From: Azolla caroliniana
Lineage: Eukaryota > Plantae > Polypodiophyta
Assembly (NCBI GenBank): GCA_043228905.1
Contig: JBHGNT010000020.1
Location: 14,880,001 to 14,944,000 of the forward strand
Length of the DNA stretch: 64,000 nucleotides
Direction: 5' to 3'
A program made the translations under genes and the position numbers. Under the pieces are notes generated by a model. It saw only the letters and a program-made list of their open reading frames with translations. It made no database searches and was not told the DNA's origin. Below are positions 1 through 13,197 of the stretch, piece by piece. Position 1 is the stretch's first letter, and each line of letters opens with the position of its first letter.

Positions 1-325
1 AAATACCGAAACCTAATTAACGACATTTTTGTTCTGAAACATAATGTTGATCTTCTCCCAAAGCTCATGAGCCTTGCTCTCTTCATTGAAGTTGTTGTAT
101 AGACTCATGTCGATGAAGCACCGTATGTACTTCATTGTCTTCATGTGCATCACCTCCCATATCGTGGAATCGATTTTGTCTGGTCTCTTGTCCCCGAACT
201 GAACTGGCAACCATAGATCTTTAACCACGAGCATTTCCCTCATCTTCGACTTCCACACCGAATAGTTGGAGACAGTGATCTTGAACATGCTTCGCAACGA
301 ATCGTCCATTTTTCTGTGTCGTCTC

Positions 326-337
326 GCTCTGATACCA
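326..337 (-). promoter_or_regulatory. Primer-binding site, tRNA-iMet
   Basis: GCTCTGATACCA is the reverse complement of TGGTATCAGAGC, 3 nt from the LTR end. Confidence 0.95.
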
Positions 338-340
338 CTT

Positions 341-1060
341 TGACAGGAATACACGCTCCCTTAAACACAACGCTCGGCCACAACCGAGTCTAGGATCAAA
401 CACAGAAAATGGGTAAGGTACGCAAGACACAGTGAAGAGAAGAGTACACACGATGTTAACGTGGAAAAAACCCAAACTAGGGAAAAAACCACGGCAGCCC
501 ACAGATTGCAAACTATCACTATATCACAATGTACAATAGTAAAGCACCGAAGCTACGACCTTGAGCTTGCTATCTTTGCCACAGGCGGCGATTACAACAG
601 AGGCAACGACCTCTTCCTCTCTCGCTCTCTCTCTTTACACAGTTACGCACAGAATTGTGACAACCAACTAGAATGACAACACTACTACCCTAAGTTTGTC
701 CTAAATCATATTTATACTAATATGAATTTTCGGTTATTTACAAATACAGCCCCGATGGACTCTCAGAAAACATATTTACGAATATGTCCCTTCATCCGGG
801 CCTTCACCATCCGACTCTTGCCGGGTACTCGTCATCCGGTTCTCACCGGGCCTTCCTTGTCGGGTACTTGTCATCCGGTTCTCACTAGGTCTTCCATTGT
901 CGGGTACTTGTCATCCGGTTCTCACTAGGTCTTCCGTTGCCGGGTACTTGTCATCCGGTTCTCACCAGGTCTTCCTTGCCGAGTACTTGTCATCCGGTTC
1001 TCACCGGGTCTTCCGTTGCCGGGTACTCCAATCCCATCCGGAGGGATCTGTTTCCTAACA
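341..1060 (-). repeat. 5' LTR of copia A (~720 bp) with a 40-bp CCGG-rich tandem array (~820-1030)
   Basis: Ends TGACAGGAA...TTCCTAACA. CGGGTACTTG recurs at 861, 901, 941. Homologous to the split LTR at 13198-19117. Confidence 0.88.
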
Positions 1061-1911
1061 TCATGGTGGAGGGGGGAACATTGTCGAGTAACCATGCGGA
1101 TGGGAGTGGCTTCCCGAGTACAAATGGCATGCTATACCGGGAAAGGGATAGTAGGAGCATGTGTGCATTGGAGGTCTAGTGACAAAAAACAAGCTAATAA
1201 TTGGCGGATGGAAACGAGTCACTCCTGTGGACAGAAGGACACCTGGACTTGTCTAAGGTGGGGGATAGGGGGAGCACGTGGGACAAGAAGTTTGTGGGCA
1301 TTGAAATCAATCACAATGTGATGCTTGAGGAACCAATCGCAACATAAGGTGAGGGGGAAGAGTTGGTGGGGCAAGACATAAAAGTGGTGTGAGAAGGTGA
1401 GAGTGCCTAAGGTGATGGTGCAATGGGCTTGCGTGAGAGAGTGGCATAGATGTTGGTGATCGCCAAAAAGGACTTGGATGGAGGGAGCGATGGATGTGGG
1501 GAGGCCCAACTGGTGAACTAAGGTAGTGCTAATGTAAGAGATACTACTACCAGAGTCTAACAAGATGGCGTGGGTGGAGTGATTGGTGGTGGCGAGAGCA
1601 GTGCATACTTGCGAACTGGAAGAGGTGAATGCTCGGACGTGGGGGGATGACTCTTCCATCATCACCCCCGAAGTCAATTTCCCGGAAGCTCAGCCAATGA
1701 TGTTGCATCAGCCATGGTTATCTAGGCTTGTTGCTTGTGAGACTATTGTTGTAATTTTTGGCATTGACGTCACACGTGTCCATAATTGTTGCAATAGAAA
1801 CACTTCGGGCACCCTTGGGCATCGCAATTGGGAAGGTTGGGGCGAGCTTGGAGCTGCACGTTTTGGACACCAATGTCCATGGGGGCCACTCCCTGGTACT
1901 GGACTCGCAAG
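1061..1911 (-). pseudogene. Degenerate Ty3/gypsy host element: gag knuckle, aspartic protease, RT start
   Basis: ORF 1219..1677 has the protease motif ILLDSGSSISYIS. The gag-like sequence continues at 5786-5940. Homologous to the protease relic at 29500-29829. Confidence 0.8.
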
Positions 1912-2309
1912 TGTCATGAAGACATACATTTTGGCTTATCAAGAGTCGAACCCACAACTTAATTGGTCTATGTGTTGAACCTTTAACCATGGTCATAACA
2001 TATATCATGTGTAATTGTAATAGTTATATTTAAAAGTTATTACAAGATATTTATAATATTCTAGAATATTCTAGAACATGCTTGTATATTTCATGATTAT
2101 ATTTATTATCATAAATATCTAAACTATTCTAGAACATTCTAGAATACTCCATAAGGATCTATAAATAGGTGTCCCATCACAACACATTCGGTTCAACACC
2201 AGTCTTTAGCCCTTAACCTACTCTTTGTAACCTTGTTTTCTCATAATATAATCTCATTTCCATTTCCTGTCTTATCTCTCTTTCTCTCTCCTACTCATAA
2301 ATCATGATA
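1912..2309 (+). repeat. 5' LTR of chromovirus 1
   Basis: TGTCATGA...TCATGATA; direct repeat of 5372-5785; TATA box at 2160-2167. Confidence 0.92.
2059..2167 (+). promoter_or_regulatory. Two 4-unit heat-shock-element arrays plus TATA box in the LTR
   Basis: TTCtaGAAtaTTCtaGAA (2059-2076) and TTCtaGAAcaTTCtaGAA (2127-2144), then TATAAATA at 2160. Retained in the 3' LTR (5528-5545, 5586-5603). Confidence 0.75.
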
Positions 2310-5300
2310 GTTTGAACCAAATTCTTTCTTTTTCCTCTTCGAATAACCCTTGCAAGCTTTCTTCTTTCTCCTTCTTTCTTTTTCCGTTTCGTCATAAGTT
2401 ATGGAGTCCGTCAGCAAGCAAGAATATATGTGTGTCCTTTCTAAGCTCGACATGCTCAGGACTAAGTTTATGGCATTAGAGCAAGAAAATCAAAGGCTAC
2501 TTGGGAACCTAGAACACATGAGTACCGAGAAAGCTCACGAATATGAGGAGTTATCATAATGGGTTCATCAACCCAAGGCTACTATATTAACACTACAAGA
2601 ACAAGTGGTGGGGGTTCAAAACTCCACAAGGGAACCAAAGATTAGCCTCCCTACCAAGTTTGATGGTACAAGATCTTTGTTTCGAGGTACTATATTAACA
2701 CTACAAGAACAAGTGGTGGGGGTTCAAAACTCCACAAGGGAACCAAAGATTAGCCTCCCTACCAAGTTTGATGGTACAAGATCTTTGTTTCGAGGTTTCC
2801 TAAATGAAGTCCGTTTGGTGATTCAGTTAGATTCCAATCGGTACCCAACTGATGCTGCTCGTGTGGATTAGCAAGAACCTTGGTAAGTGGCACATCATTA
2901 GCATGGTTTGCACTTGTTTGGTGGTCCACATCTTGAGAAGAAATCACTGTTGTTGGAGGATTTCGAGGCGTTCGTTAAGGAGTTTCAAGCTAGTTTTGGA
3001 GACACCAATAGAACTAGGACAACAATAAACAAGATTTGAAGAATTTGACAAGGAGATCGTCCTGCTTCAGCTTACGCAATAGATTTCCATCTCTTGGCAT
3101 GCGATGTCCCTTGGGATGAGGTAGTCTTAATGGATCAATTCCGTCTGGGTTTGTGTAACGATGTCAAAGCTCTTCTTACTTTCTATGAAGATCCAAAGTC
3201 TCTTACAGTGGGAATTAACTGAGTTGTGCGATGTGATAATCGCTTATTTGAGTGACATTCTAAACACCAACAAATGTTACACCGCCAACTGGAACAGAAG
3301 TATGCTTCAATAGTTGTAACGTTGCCACAAGTTCCTAGAGCCATTACGAGGGATGGTCCCACTTTGATGGAAATAGAGTCAACACAACGCTGAGGGCCCT
3401 TATCAGATGTTGAGAAACAACGGCGTCAAACGCACTGCCTATGCATATATTGTGGTGGTCTAGGACATATAGGCATGAATTGTCCACATAAACCCAGATG
3501 TCAAGTATACCAAGTAAGTAGACATAATAACCCTACCTCAAGTTCTACTATCACTTCTAATAACTTAAGTAAGCCTAATAGCCCATACCATGAGAATAGA
3601 TTTGATGTCTTCAGCCAACTAGAGGATGTGTTTAACGAATAAGTCCGGCCAAAATAGGAGCCATTTGGTTGGACCATCCTAGATATGTAGAGTCAATACC
3701 TAGTCGCGGTTCCATTGCCTAGATATGTAGAGTGACTACCCTGAAATCAAGTTAGTAGAGTTTTTTCTACACAAGTTGAGCTTAGCACATCTACAGTTCA
3801 TCGAGTCCTTGCCTCTGCCCTCCTAGATTCCGGAGCCAATTCTTGTTTCATAGATCGTGAGTTTGCATTGATGCAAAACATCCTCTTGCATAAACTCCCG
3901 AACCCAATAGTTGTAGAAGTCATCGATGGCCACCCTATAGCATCAGGTGATATAGTCGAAGAGTCTGAACCAATTCATGTAGTCCCAGGTCATTGGGCTA
4001 GTGTCATCTCATTCAACATCATTAGTAGTCCAGAGCACTCCCTAGTTCTTGGTCTTCCTTGGTTTGAGCTATGTAACCCAACTATTGATTGGAGAAAAAG
4101 AACTATCGAAAAGGTCATGGTACATTCTGAGTCTCTTGAAACTCCATTGGGGATCCCACACGATTTCAACAATCTCTATACATTAGTTACGTGAGGATGG
4201 AAGGAAGGAAGACATGTTTGTGTTCGCGGTTCTAGCAACTACCAAAGAAGTATACAAAATTCTCCAATGTGCTCGATAAAATGAAGGCTAATAGACTACC
4301 AGAGCATCGACCATATGATTTCCTGATTGATTTGCAACCAGGAAAAGAGCCTCCATGGTGCTAATTTATAACCTTTCGCCCATGGAGTTAGAGGTTCTTC
4401 AAGAATATATCGGTGAGAACCTAGAAAATGGTTTTATCCAACATTCAAGATCTCCTGCTGGTGCATCCATCTTTTTCATTAAGAAGGAAGAGGGCACACT
4501 TCATATGGTCGTGGATTATCGGGGCTTGAATAAAGTGACTATTGGAAACTGATATGCTCTACCATTGATCTCAAGCCTTCTAGAACACCGTAGTGGACCA
4601 AAATATTTCACAATGTTAGATCTTCGAGGTGTCTACAACCTTGTTCGAATTCGTCTTGGGGATGAATGGAAGACTGCTTTCTACACTCGCTATGGCCATT
4701 TTGAGTATACAGTGAGCGCACCAACCAAACAATCGAACAATATCTTTGTTGTTTTGTTAACTATCAACAAGATGATTGGGTTGATCTATTACATTTGATA
4801 GAATTTTCTTACAACAAATCCGTACATTCTTTTATTGGATATTCCCCATTTTTTGCAAACATTGGGTACCATACTCATTGGATGATGCTTGAACATCCCT
4901 AACTCCCAACAAACCTAGTTGTAGAAGATCGGCCCAACCGACCTTGCAACAATTTGAATTATCAATGTTTCAGTACATATGTGATCTCTGGTTATATCAA
5001 TGATGTGACATTTCACCTTGATCTTCCTCCTCTTATGCGTCTTCACTCAGTCTTCCATGTTTCACATTCGGAACCCTACACAACAAGCTCTATTCCAGGT
5101 CATCTTACACCTTCTCCACCTCCAATCAAAGTTTCCCATCGCTCTGAATATGAGGTTGTTGTCATTCTCGACTCCAAGATCATCTACAACAAACTATATT
5201 ATTTGGTTGATTGGTTAGGTTATACACCTAATGATTGAACATGGGAGCCAACCAAGCATCTTGCTAATGCCTCTAACATGGTTGTTGCATTTCACAACAA

Positions 5301-5371
5301 CTATCCCCATAAATCAAGTCCGAACTCTTGTGTTGCAATTCGTGGAAATCGTCGTTGAAACAGGGGGATAA

Positions 5372-5785
5372 TGTCATGAAGACATACATTTTGGCTTATC
5401 AGGAGTCAAACCCACAACTTATTGGTCTATGTGTTGAACCTTTAATGACTGTAATAACATATATCATGTGTAATTGTAATAATTATATTTAAAAGTTATT
5501 ACAGGATATTTAGAATATTTTAGAGTATTCTAGAACATTCTTGAATATTTCATGATTATGTTTATTATCAAAAATATCAAAAATATTCTAGAAGATTCTA
5601 GAATACTCCATAAGGATCTATAAATAGGTCTCTATACATTCATCACAACTCATTCAACTCAACACCAGTCTTTAGTCCTTAGCCTCCTCTTTGTAACCTT
5701 GTTTTCTCATAATATAATCTCATTTCCATTTTCTGTCTTATCTCTCTCTCTCTCTCTCTCTCTCTCCTACTCACGAGTCACAACA
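5372..5785 (+). repeat. 3' LTR of chromovirus 1
   Basis: Follows the purine tract AACAGGGGGATAA; TG...CA ends; contains an expanded (CT)n. Confidence 0.92.
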
Positions 5786-5940
5786 ACAGGTTGGTCAATG
5801 GTGGATGGGGCCAGTGTGATTGCGAGTCGAATAACATACAAGCTTCGATGTGTTGGGCAATGAGTATGGCGTCGTTGAATGTCTTAGTACGTTGGTCCCA
5901 GGTGCAACGAGTGATGTCATGGTGCAAAGGGGGCCATAAG

Positions 5941-8279
5941 TGTCAGGAATAGTACTAGAGACAAAGAGAATTAGTACGAGAGAGGTAGAGAATAGAGAAA
6001 AGACTGTGTGAGGATCACGAGAGAGAGAAGTATGATAACAACAAGTATATTATATGAAGAAGAGTACAAGGATAGCTACAAGGCTTAAGACTGTTGTTGA
6101 ACGGAATTGTTCTAAATAATGCCATGTGCCTCTATTTATACTGTTATTAGGAGTATTCCTAAGGTTTCTAGAATGTTCCAAAGTAATCTAGAATATATAT
6201 GAATTTTCTAGAATGAATAATAAATTAAAGTACTACACTACATAGCTTAATGGTATGACTTCACCCCCCTAACATAGGGTCACATGTTCAAATTGTTTTG
6301 GAGCCATATCATGACACTGTCCCCCCCTTTCAATGAAGAGTGTTACAAGTCTTCTTTGATTGAGGACCTGGTTTGTCTAGATATTGGTGATGATGGAAAT
6401 CCTCAAGAAGTGCTTGAGCATTGGCGACATTCTCTATTGGTTCCTAAGTACGATCGATCGATCAGACTATATCCTAGCCAATCTAGCAAATAGTAGAGCT
6501 TGTTGGGAACAATCTTGATAGCAACTTCGTACTCAAGTTCAATTAGGGTTGGAGGTGGAGTAATACAATTAGGAATAGGGCTTTAAGAGAACTATGAAAT
6601 ATTGAATGTATTTGTAATTGCGAAGGTAGATCAAGGCAATAAGTGACAACATTAATTTTTCTGTTAATAGGGAAAGGGCCTAACCTTTGATAATGCAACT
6701 TGGTGCATGGTCGAGTAGTCTTATGTGTCCTCGTGATAGCCATACTCGATCTCCAATATCAAAACAAGATGGAAGCTGATCATGATCTGCATAGCCATTT
6801 TGTGTTTGTTGGGCTTCATGTAGGTGGTTAGATAGTTCTACTTGAATCTTGCATAGTCGCTTCCAATGATCATGTGCACTAGGATTTGTGGGTAATTCAA
6901 GAGTTTCGAATACACATCTACGAGGATGATAGCCTGTATAAGCATAGAATGGTGTAACCCTAGTAGACGAGTGGATAGAATTATTATAAGAAAATTTGGC
7001 AAAGTGTAATATATCTACCCAATCATCTTGTTGATAGCTTAGGAAAAACTAAAGATACTACTCCAGTGTTTGATTTGTATGTTCTACTTGTCCATCTGTT
7101 TGGGGATGGTAGTCGGAGGAGAGGTTGTAGGTGACCTTGAGCATTTTGAAGAGACGCTTCCAAAATTTAAATAAGAATTGAGGTCCACGATCACTGATGA
7201 TGTTGTCGGGAAGACCATGGTGCCGAAAAACTTCCCACATAATGATACCTATAGTTTCTTCACTAGAGATCTCTTTAGTACAAGCCAAGAAATATGCCAT
7301 CTTAGTATATCGATCAACCACTATTCAGTTGGCGTTGAAGCCCTTAGAATCTGGAAGATATGTGATAAAATCGAAAGAAATGGATTGCCATGACTTGGTT
7401 GGGATCGGTAATGGCTCCAATAAACCATATGGATCATGTCGGGGCATCTTTACTCTATAGCATGTATCACATGTCTGAACATAGTCTTCGACAAATCTTT
7501 GCATATGGGGCCACCAAAATGATCGAGTTACTAAATCCAATGTTTTAGTACTACCAAAATGTCTAGTTGTGTATGTATCAAGACAATTTTGTACGACTCA
7601 AAGGTGAGATGGACCATTGGGAACATACAAAATATTTTTAAAGAATAGTAATCCATCATGCCATTTGAATTGTCGATAATTCGTACCTGGTTGTTGCGAC
7701 TGTGAATAGGATGCTCAAATGGGATAAATCGGATTTAGGATATCTTGAGCAAAGAAGTTTGTCTTCAAATCCTAACGTATTGTATCAATAATGTTGGAAT
7801 CCCATGCAGTATCAAAAACCAAAGTTTCATGCAATTGTGGCAGACCTAGGATTACCTGCTTTTGATTATCAAAGGCCGAATCACTAGGATGAGGTGCTAG
7901 ATAGAAGCACTCTGATAATGCATCTGCCTTCCCTTGTTACTTGCCCGGACGATATGTAGTCTTGAAGTCAAAATGAGTGAGAAATTGGGCCCACCGAGCT
8001 TGCGGTCTATTTAATACACGAGCATTCTGGAAATACGCGAGATTCTTGTGATCATTGAATACAGTGACTTGATGAGGAGATCCTTCTAGGAAATGCCACC
8101 ATTGTCCAAAAGATTCCACTATAGCTAATAATTCCTTATCATGTACCTCATAGTTTATTTTGGCAATATCAAATTTGCGCGAGTGGAAAGCCACGGGATG
8201 TAGTTTCTTATTGTCGCCCTGCTTTGACAAAATACTACCGAGTGCAAAATCCGATGCATTTGCTTCAATTATAAATGGT
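5941..8279 (-). mobile_element. Second Tcn1-like chromovirus, 3' part (RNase H, integrase, chromodomain, PPT, 3' LTR 5941-6316); interrupted by copia B
   Basis: RNase H EANASDFALGSILS..PVAFHSRK..YEVHDKELLAIV; integrase HHGLPDNIISDRGPQF..YHPQTDGQ; GPF motif; PPT at 6317-6331. Confidence 0.9.
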
Positions 8280-11200
8280 TGTAAAATGAATAGCATGCGG
8301 AAGCAATAGAAAACCAAACACAGAAATAAAGGTTTAATGGAGAGCTTGAATATACACAGTATGCGGGAGAGACAGAGACAGAGAGAGAGAATACAAAAAC
8401 ACAATTCAGAAATAATACTCAGTTTGTACATACACCGTGCTCAGTGAGCACCTTTTATACAAGCCCTGACAATAGGGTTGACACAAGTACTGACAGTACT
8501 TGACCGCTCATAAATGAGCCTACTACACTAACTCCCAAAATTATTCCTTACAAGGGATATCTTTCCAATGGCCTCGCGGTTTACACACCGCTACGGCCTA
8601 TCGTTGTGTACTGGTTTGCGTAACGTAATAGTTCATGCACCCGTTTTACGCACCGGTCCGGCCTAACCGATCGGTCCCAACCGATTCGGTTCTCGGCTTG
8701 CACAACCGATCCGGAAAATGTTGAGCTTGTATCTCAACACTCCCCCTCAAGCTCAACTTGAGGTTCCATCCGCTCTTCCGGATCTATGCTCAAGTTCCTT
8801 CTAGCTTTACGCCTTGTTCATGCTCCTCGACATGTTCGATTCCGCGTGCCTCAACCCTTTTGGTCAGCATGTCTGCTCGTGCAGCCCTTCTTAGCTCTGT
8901 TGTTGTCGCGGTGTTGGCGCTTCTTCTGTTGCCTTCTCTTCTACTTGGCCCTCAGTTGATTCGGTGCATCCGAATCAAACATCTGAACCGACTCGGCTTC
9001 CTCCAATTAGTTTTCGCTTTCGTTCGAGTTGGCTGTCTCCAATTCGTCTTCGGTCTTCTCGCCCTTGATGGCTTCATCTCCCCCATGCTTGGCTGGCTTC
9101 GGCTCTTTCTTCCAGCTGCTCCCCTTACATCCGCTTTCGGAATCTCCCGCGGATCCGCCCTCGACTTCTTCATCCAATCCAAAATCGAATTCATCTTCCA
9201 GAACTTCTCTCCCCCTTCCGTGGTCATTCGGAACGTCTCTCCCCCTCAAGTTCGGTATGTCGAGGTGACGCAACCCAAGCACACCCGAGAATTGCCGCAA
9301 CTTGTCCAAACCAAGAGGCTTGGTGAAGATGTCGGTGTTCTGCCGATCCGTTGGAACATATTGAAGCTCGACTTCACCGGAGAGGACACGCTCACGGACG
9401 AAATGGTAGTGCACCTCAATGTGCTTAGTCCGGGCGTGGAAGATGGGGTTCTTTGCTAGTTGGATACTATTGAGGTTGTCACAGTAAATCGTCGTTGGAT
9501 CGGATACCTCCACCTACAGATCCTTAAGTAGCTGCTTCAAACATATGGCTTCACATGTCACGACAACCACTCCTCTATACTCCGCTTCGGTGCTCGACAA
9601 CGCAACTGTCGGTTGGTTCTTTCTACTCCACGCAATCGTGGCGCTCCCAAGAGAAAACGCGAAAGCGGACATGGATCAGCGATCGTTGGTGTTTCCAACC
9701 CAATCAACATCCGTGTAACTGACCAACTGCGCGGTAGTATCGGTTCGATATAGTAGCCCCCGATCCTTAGTGCCACTGACATACCGGAGTACGTGTTGTG
9801 CGCACTAAAGGTGCTCCTCGGTTGGTTGCGCCATCAACTGACTAATCACCCCAACCAGGTAGCTGAGATCTGGTCGGGTGATGGTCAAGTATATTAGGCT
9901 TCTGACTATCTGTCGGAACCTCGTCGGGTCGCATACCTTTCCGGACTCGGGGCGAAGCTTGACAGTTCGATCCAGAGGAGTCGAGCCAAACTTACAGTCG
10001 ACCATCCCTAATTTGAAGAGCATACTCAACACGTAATGCCGTTGGCTGATCAGTATGCCTTCGGGGGTGTGGATCACTTCGATCCCAAGCAAGTAATGAA
10101 GGTCCCCCAGATCCTTCATGTCAATCTCACCTAGGTCAACGCCGGTGATGAACAAGTCATCAACATAGAGTAAAATGCTAACCGGCCCGACTCAACCTTT
10201 CTGGATGAATAGTGAGGGGTCTGATTTTTCGTCGCAAAGCCCATCCGATGCAATCGTTGTGTGATCTTTGCATTCTAGGCGTGTGGGGCTTGCTTTACTT
10301 TGTAAGGGGACTTGTTCAACCGGCACACCGTCAAGGTGTTCGTTCCAGAGTTAAATCCGGGGGGTTGTACCATGTACCCCTATTCCTCAAGCTCACCTTG
10401 CAGGAACGCATTCTTTACATCCATCTGATGTAAGTTCCACCCCTTTGCCGCAGCTACCACGACCAAAACACGGATGGTTGTCATCTTCGCGACAGGCGCA
10501 AACGTCTCATCATAGTCAATGCCGTGTTTTTGCGCGTAGCCTTTCGCTACTAACCAGGCCTTGTATCGGTTGACCGAGCCGTTAGTGTTGTACTTGACCT
10601 TGTACACCCACCTACATCCGATCGGCTTCACACCCTTCGGTGCGTCAACTAGGTCCCAAGTTTCATTTTCCGCCAATGCGCGCATCTCTTCCTCCATTGC
10701 AGCACGCCAATTCGCGTCCTTTGCCACTTCTACGTAGCTCTCTGGCTCACGCACTTCCGCTACAGGGGTCATGTACGCATAGTGATGCGCCATGTATTCA
10801 TTGTATCCGAACCACACAATAGGTTCTTCTGGTGGGTAGATCGGCGCAATTGCTCATTAGCCGATGTTGAGCCTTTCTTGATTGACGCAGACTTCGCTCT
10901 CGAAGGCCCGTCATCGCTCTGCTCGGAGTCGGATTCGTGTCGATCCGACTCGCCCATATCCATGCCATAATCCGACACCTTTTTCTTCCCTTTTCCGTTG
11001 CGCGTAAACCGTCTCCTCGGCTTCCTGTGCGGGGAATGCACGACCGAGTCTCCACTACTCGCTGGCTCTTCTTCGGACTGGTCAAATCGACTCAGTCGTT
11101 CATTTGGTCCACATAACCGAAATGAGATCGGACCCTCTTTGAGGGTCCCGATTTCATCCACATCCGAAGGCACTTCAACCTCGCTGGCCTCGTCGTCAGA

Positions 11201-13197
11201 ATGCGGATTGGAGTTGAGGTCCGGAGTCGAAGGCAAGTACCAAGACGCGGACTCGTCAAACACAACATCGTGATTCACGCGAGCTTGTTTGGTTCGGGGG
11301 TTATAGCACTTATAACCCTTCTGCTCGTCCGAGTAGCCGACCAGGATACACTTCTTAGCTTTCACGTCCAACCTCCTCCATTTCTCCTTTGGCACATGTA
11401 CATACGCAAGGCTACCGAAAACTCTCAAGTGTCGTAAATTTGGGTTCCTTCCGAAATACAACTCATGCGCCGACACTTTGTCTCCGATCCGATTCTGGAT
11501 GTACACTGCGGTTCGTACCGCCTCGGCCCAATAGAACTTGGGCAAGCTCTTTTCTTCCAGCATTGCCCCCGCCGCTTCCACAATCGACTGATTTTTCCTT
11601 TCGGCCACGCCATTTTGCTCCGACGTATATCTGCAACGGAATTAGCGCCGAAATCCCATCTGTTGCAAATACTTGTTGAATTGACCGGAAAAGTACTCTT
11701 TTCCGCCATCCGAATGCACGCACTTGATCTTTCTTCCTGTTTCCCTTTCGAAAAAACTCTTGAGGTCCCCGAAACAGTCGAAGACTTCACTCTTCTTCTC
11801 AATAAGGTAGATCCACGTGTGCCGCATGTAATTGTCGATGAAGGAGAAGAAATATCAACTCCCGCCAAGACTAACATTTTGTGCTGGCCCCCATACATCG
11901 GAATTTATCAAGTCGAGCTTGTTCCGGCTCCAGTTATGCTCGTTGGGGAAAGGAAGTCGGTGTTACTTCCCTAGCTGACAAGCTTCACAAATTAGGGCCT
12001 TCCGGCCACTGAATTTGGGCAATCCAAACACCACCTCCTTCGATTGCAGGTCTTGAAGCCGTTGATAGTTGACGTGGCCTATCCGATCGTGCCATAAGTC
12101 GATATCCAACTCAACTTTTTGTCCTTTCGCGAACATTGCGGTGCCGCCGTCACTAGAGTCAAGGATAAACATCTTCCCGTCTCTGCGTCCTTCTGCAATA
12201 ACTCGGGCTTCTTCCTCGATGAAGCACCCGAGATGCGTGAACCGGACTTGCATCTCCTGGTCGACGATCTGCCTGACCGACACCAGATTCTTCGTGATTG
12301 TCGGGACGTGTAACACGTTCATGAGTTTCCCTTTCTTCCCGACATGGCTCAGGGGAACTTCACCGACATTCACGATCGGATGCGGAGTGTCGTCTCCTGT
12401 TGCAACCACTCCCGGTTGCATCAGTTTTTCCAAGTACGAGAAGCACTACTTATGGCATGTCATGCGGTTTGACGCGCCTGAACTGTCGTACCACACCTCG
12501 TCCGACTGACCCTTTTCTGGGTCCTTCGGTGTAGTGCGATCGCTGCCAATTTCCTTTGTCGGTCTGTTTGGAACCTGATCCAGACCTGGTTCTTTCCGAA
12601 TCGGCGCGCTTTCTCCAGCACTCGCTCTCCTTGTGGCCTTTCTTGCTACAGTACCTGCATTCCGTGGCGGATTTCCCTTGCCGGTTCTCATCGCTTCGAC
12701 ACCCCCTCTTTCCGAAGGGTCCTGAGTTGCTGTCGGCATCACTTCGGTGCCTTCTTTGTTGGTCCCGTTGGTCGCCTCCTTTGCGCACCGACTCACCTCG
12801 TCTGCCACGTCCATGGGGCCTATTTCCCTCCGTGTACAACATCTTGCCATCGGTGTGCGTGCTTGTTGACGCACCCACGTGTTTCTCCTCTATAAGGAGC
12901 ATCGACTGTAGATCGAAAAAGGATGATGTATTCTCCCGTGTACACACATCAATTCGGAACAGTCCAAACTTTGATGCCAGTCCCCCGAGACAGATCTGCA
13001 CCATCTCAGCTTCCTCAACGTTCACATCGATTGAGGCTAAGGAATCGCATATCTCTTTGATCTTCGAGGTGTAATCAGCCACCGACAAGTTTCGTTGTCG
13101 TAGGTTGCTCAGCTCCTGTCGGAGTTGAAGCTTCCTGGCGGTGGTGCTTGCAGCGAAAATCTTCTTCAAATTTCCCCGAGCATGCTTCGGCATTTTC
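8280..13197 (-). mobile_element. Ty1/copia element B (3' LTR 8280-8739, frameshifted gag-PR-IN-RT-RH); gag is cut by copia C
   Basis: CCHC knuckle CRYCSKKGHKESEC; WYDSSGAS protease; CVHSDGGKEY integrase; LHQMDVKNAFL RT; ARTKHIEVHYHFVRE RNase H; PPT CTTGAGGGGGAG at 8740-8751. Confidence 0.93.

Larger units (their letters stand above)
1..1060 (-). mobile_element. Ty1/copia LTR retrotransposon A, 5' end (5' LTR, PBS, gag start); the rest lies left of the window
   Basis: ORF 13..354 (NYSVWKSKMREMLVVKDLW...KAHELWEKI) resembles a copia gag N-terminus. Met PBS at 326-337. LTR 341-1060 has TG..CA ends. Confidence 0.9.
1912..5785 (+). mobile_element. Tcn1-like chromovirus (Ty3/gypsy), both LTRs present, internally deleted and degenerate
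   Basis: LTRs 1912-2309 and 5372-5785. Gag REPKISLPTKFDG, protease [30 protein letters not shown], chromodomain EYEV..ILDSK..YYLVDWLGY. PPT before 5372. Degenerate TSD GCAAG/ACAGG. Confidence 0.92.

Noticed and set aside
820-1030. CRISPR-like regular repeats (also 13585-13720, 51890-52620)
   Set aside because: Head-to-tail units without unique spacers, eukaryotic context, no cas genes.
8758-9459. Hydrophobic 233-aa plus-strand ORF, possible env-like gene
   Set aside because: It is the antisense of RNase H and its purine-rich tail, which explains the hydrophobicity; TTG start.
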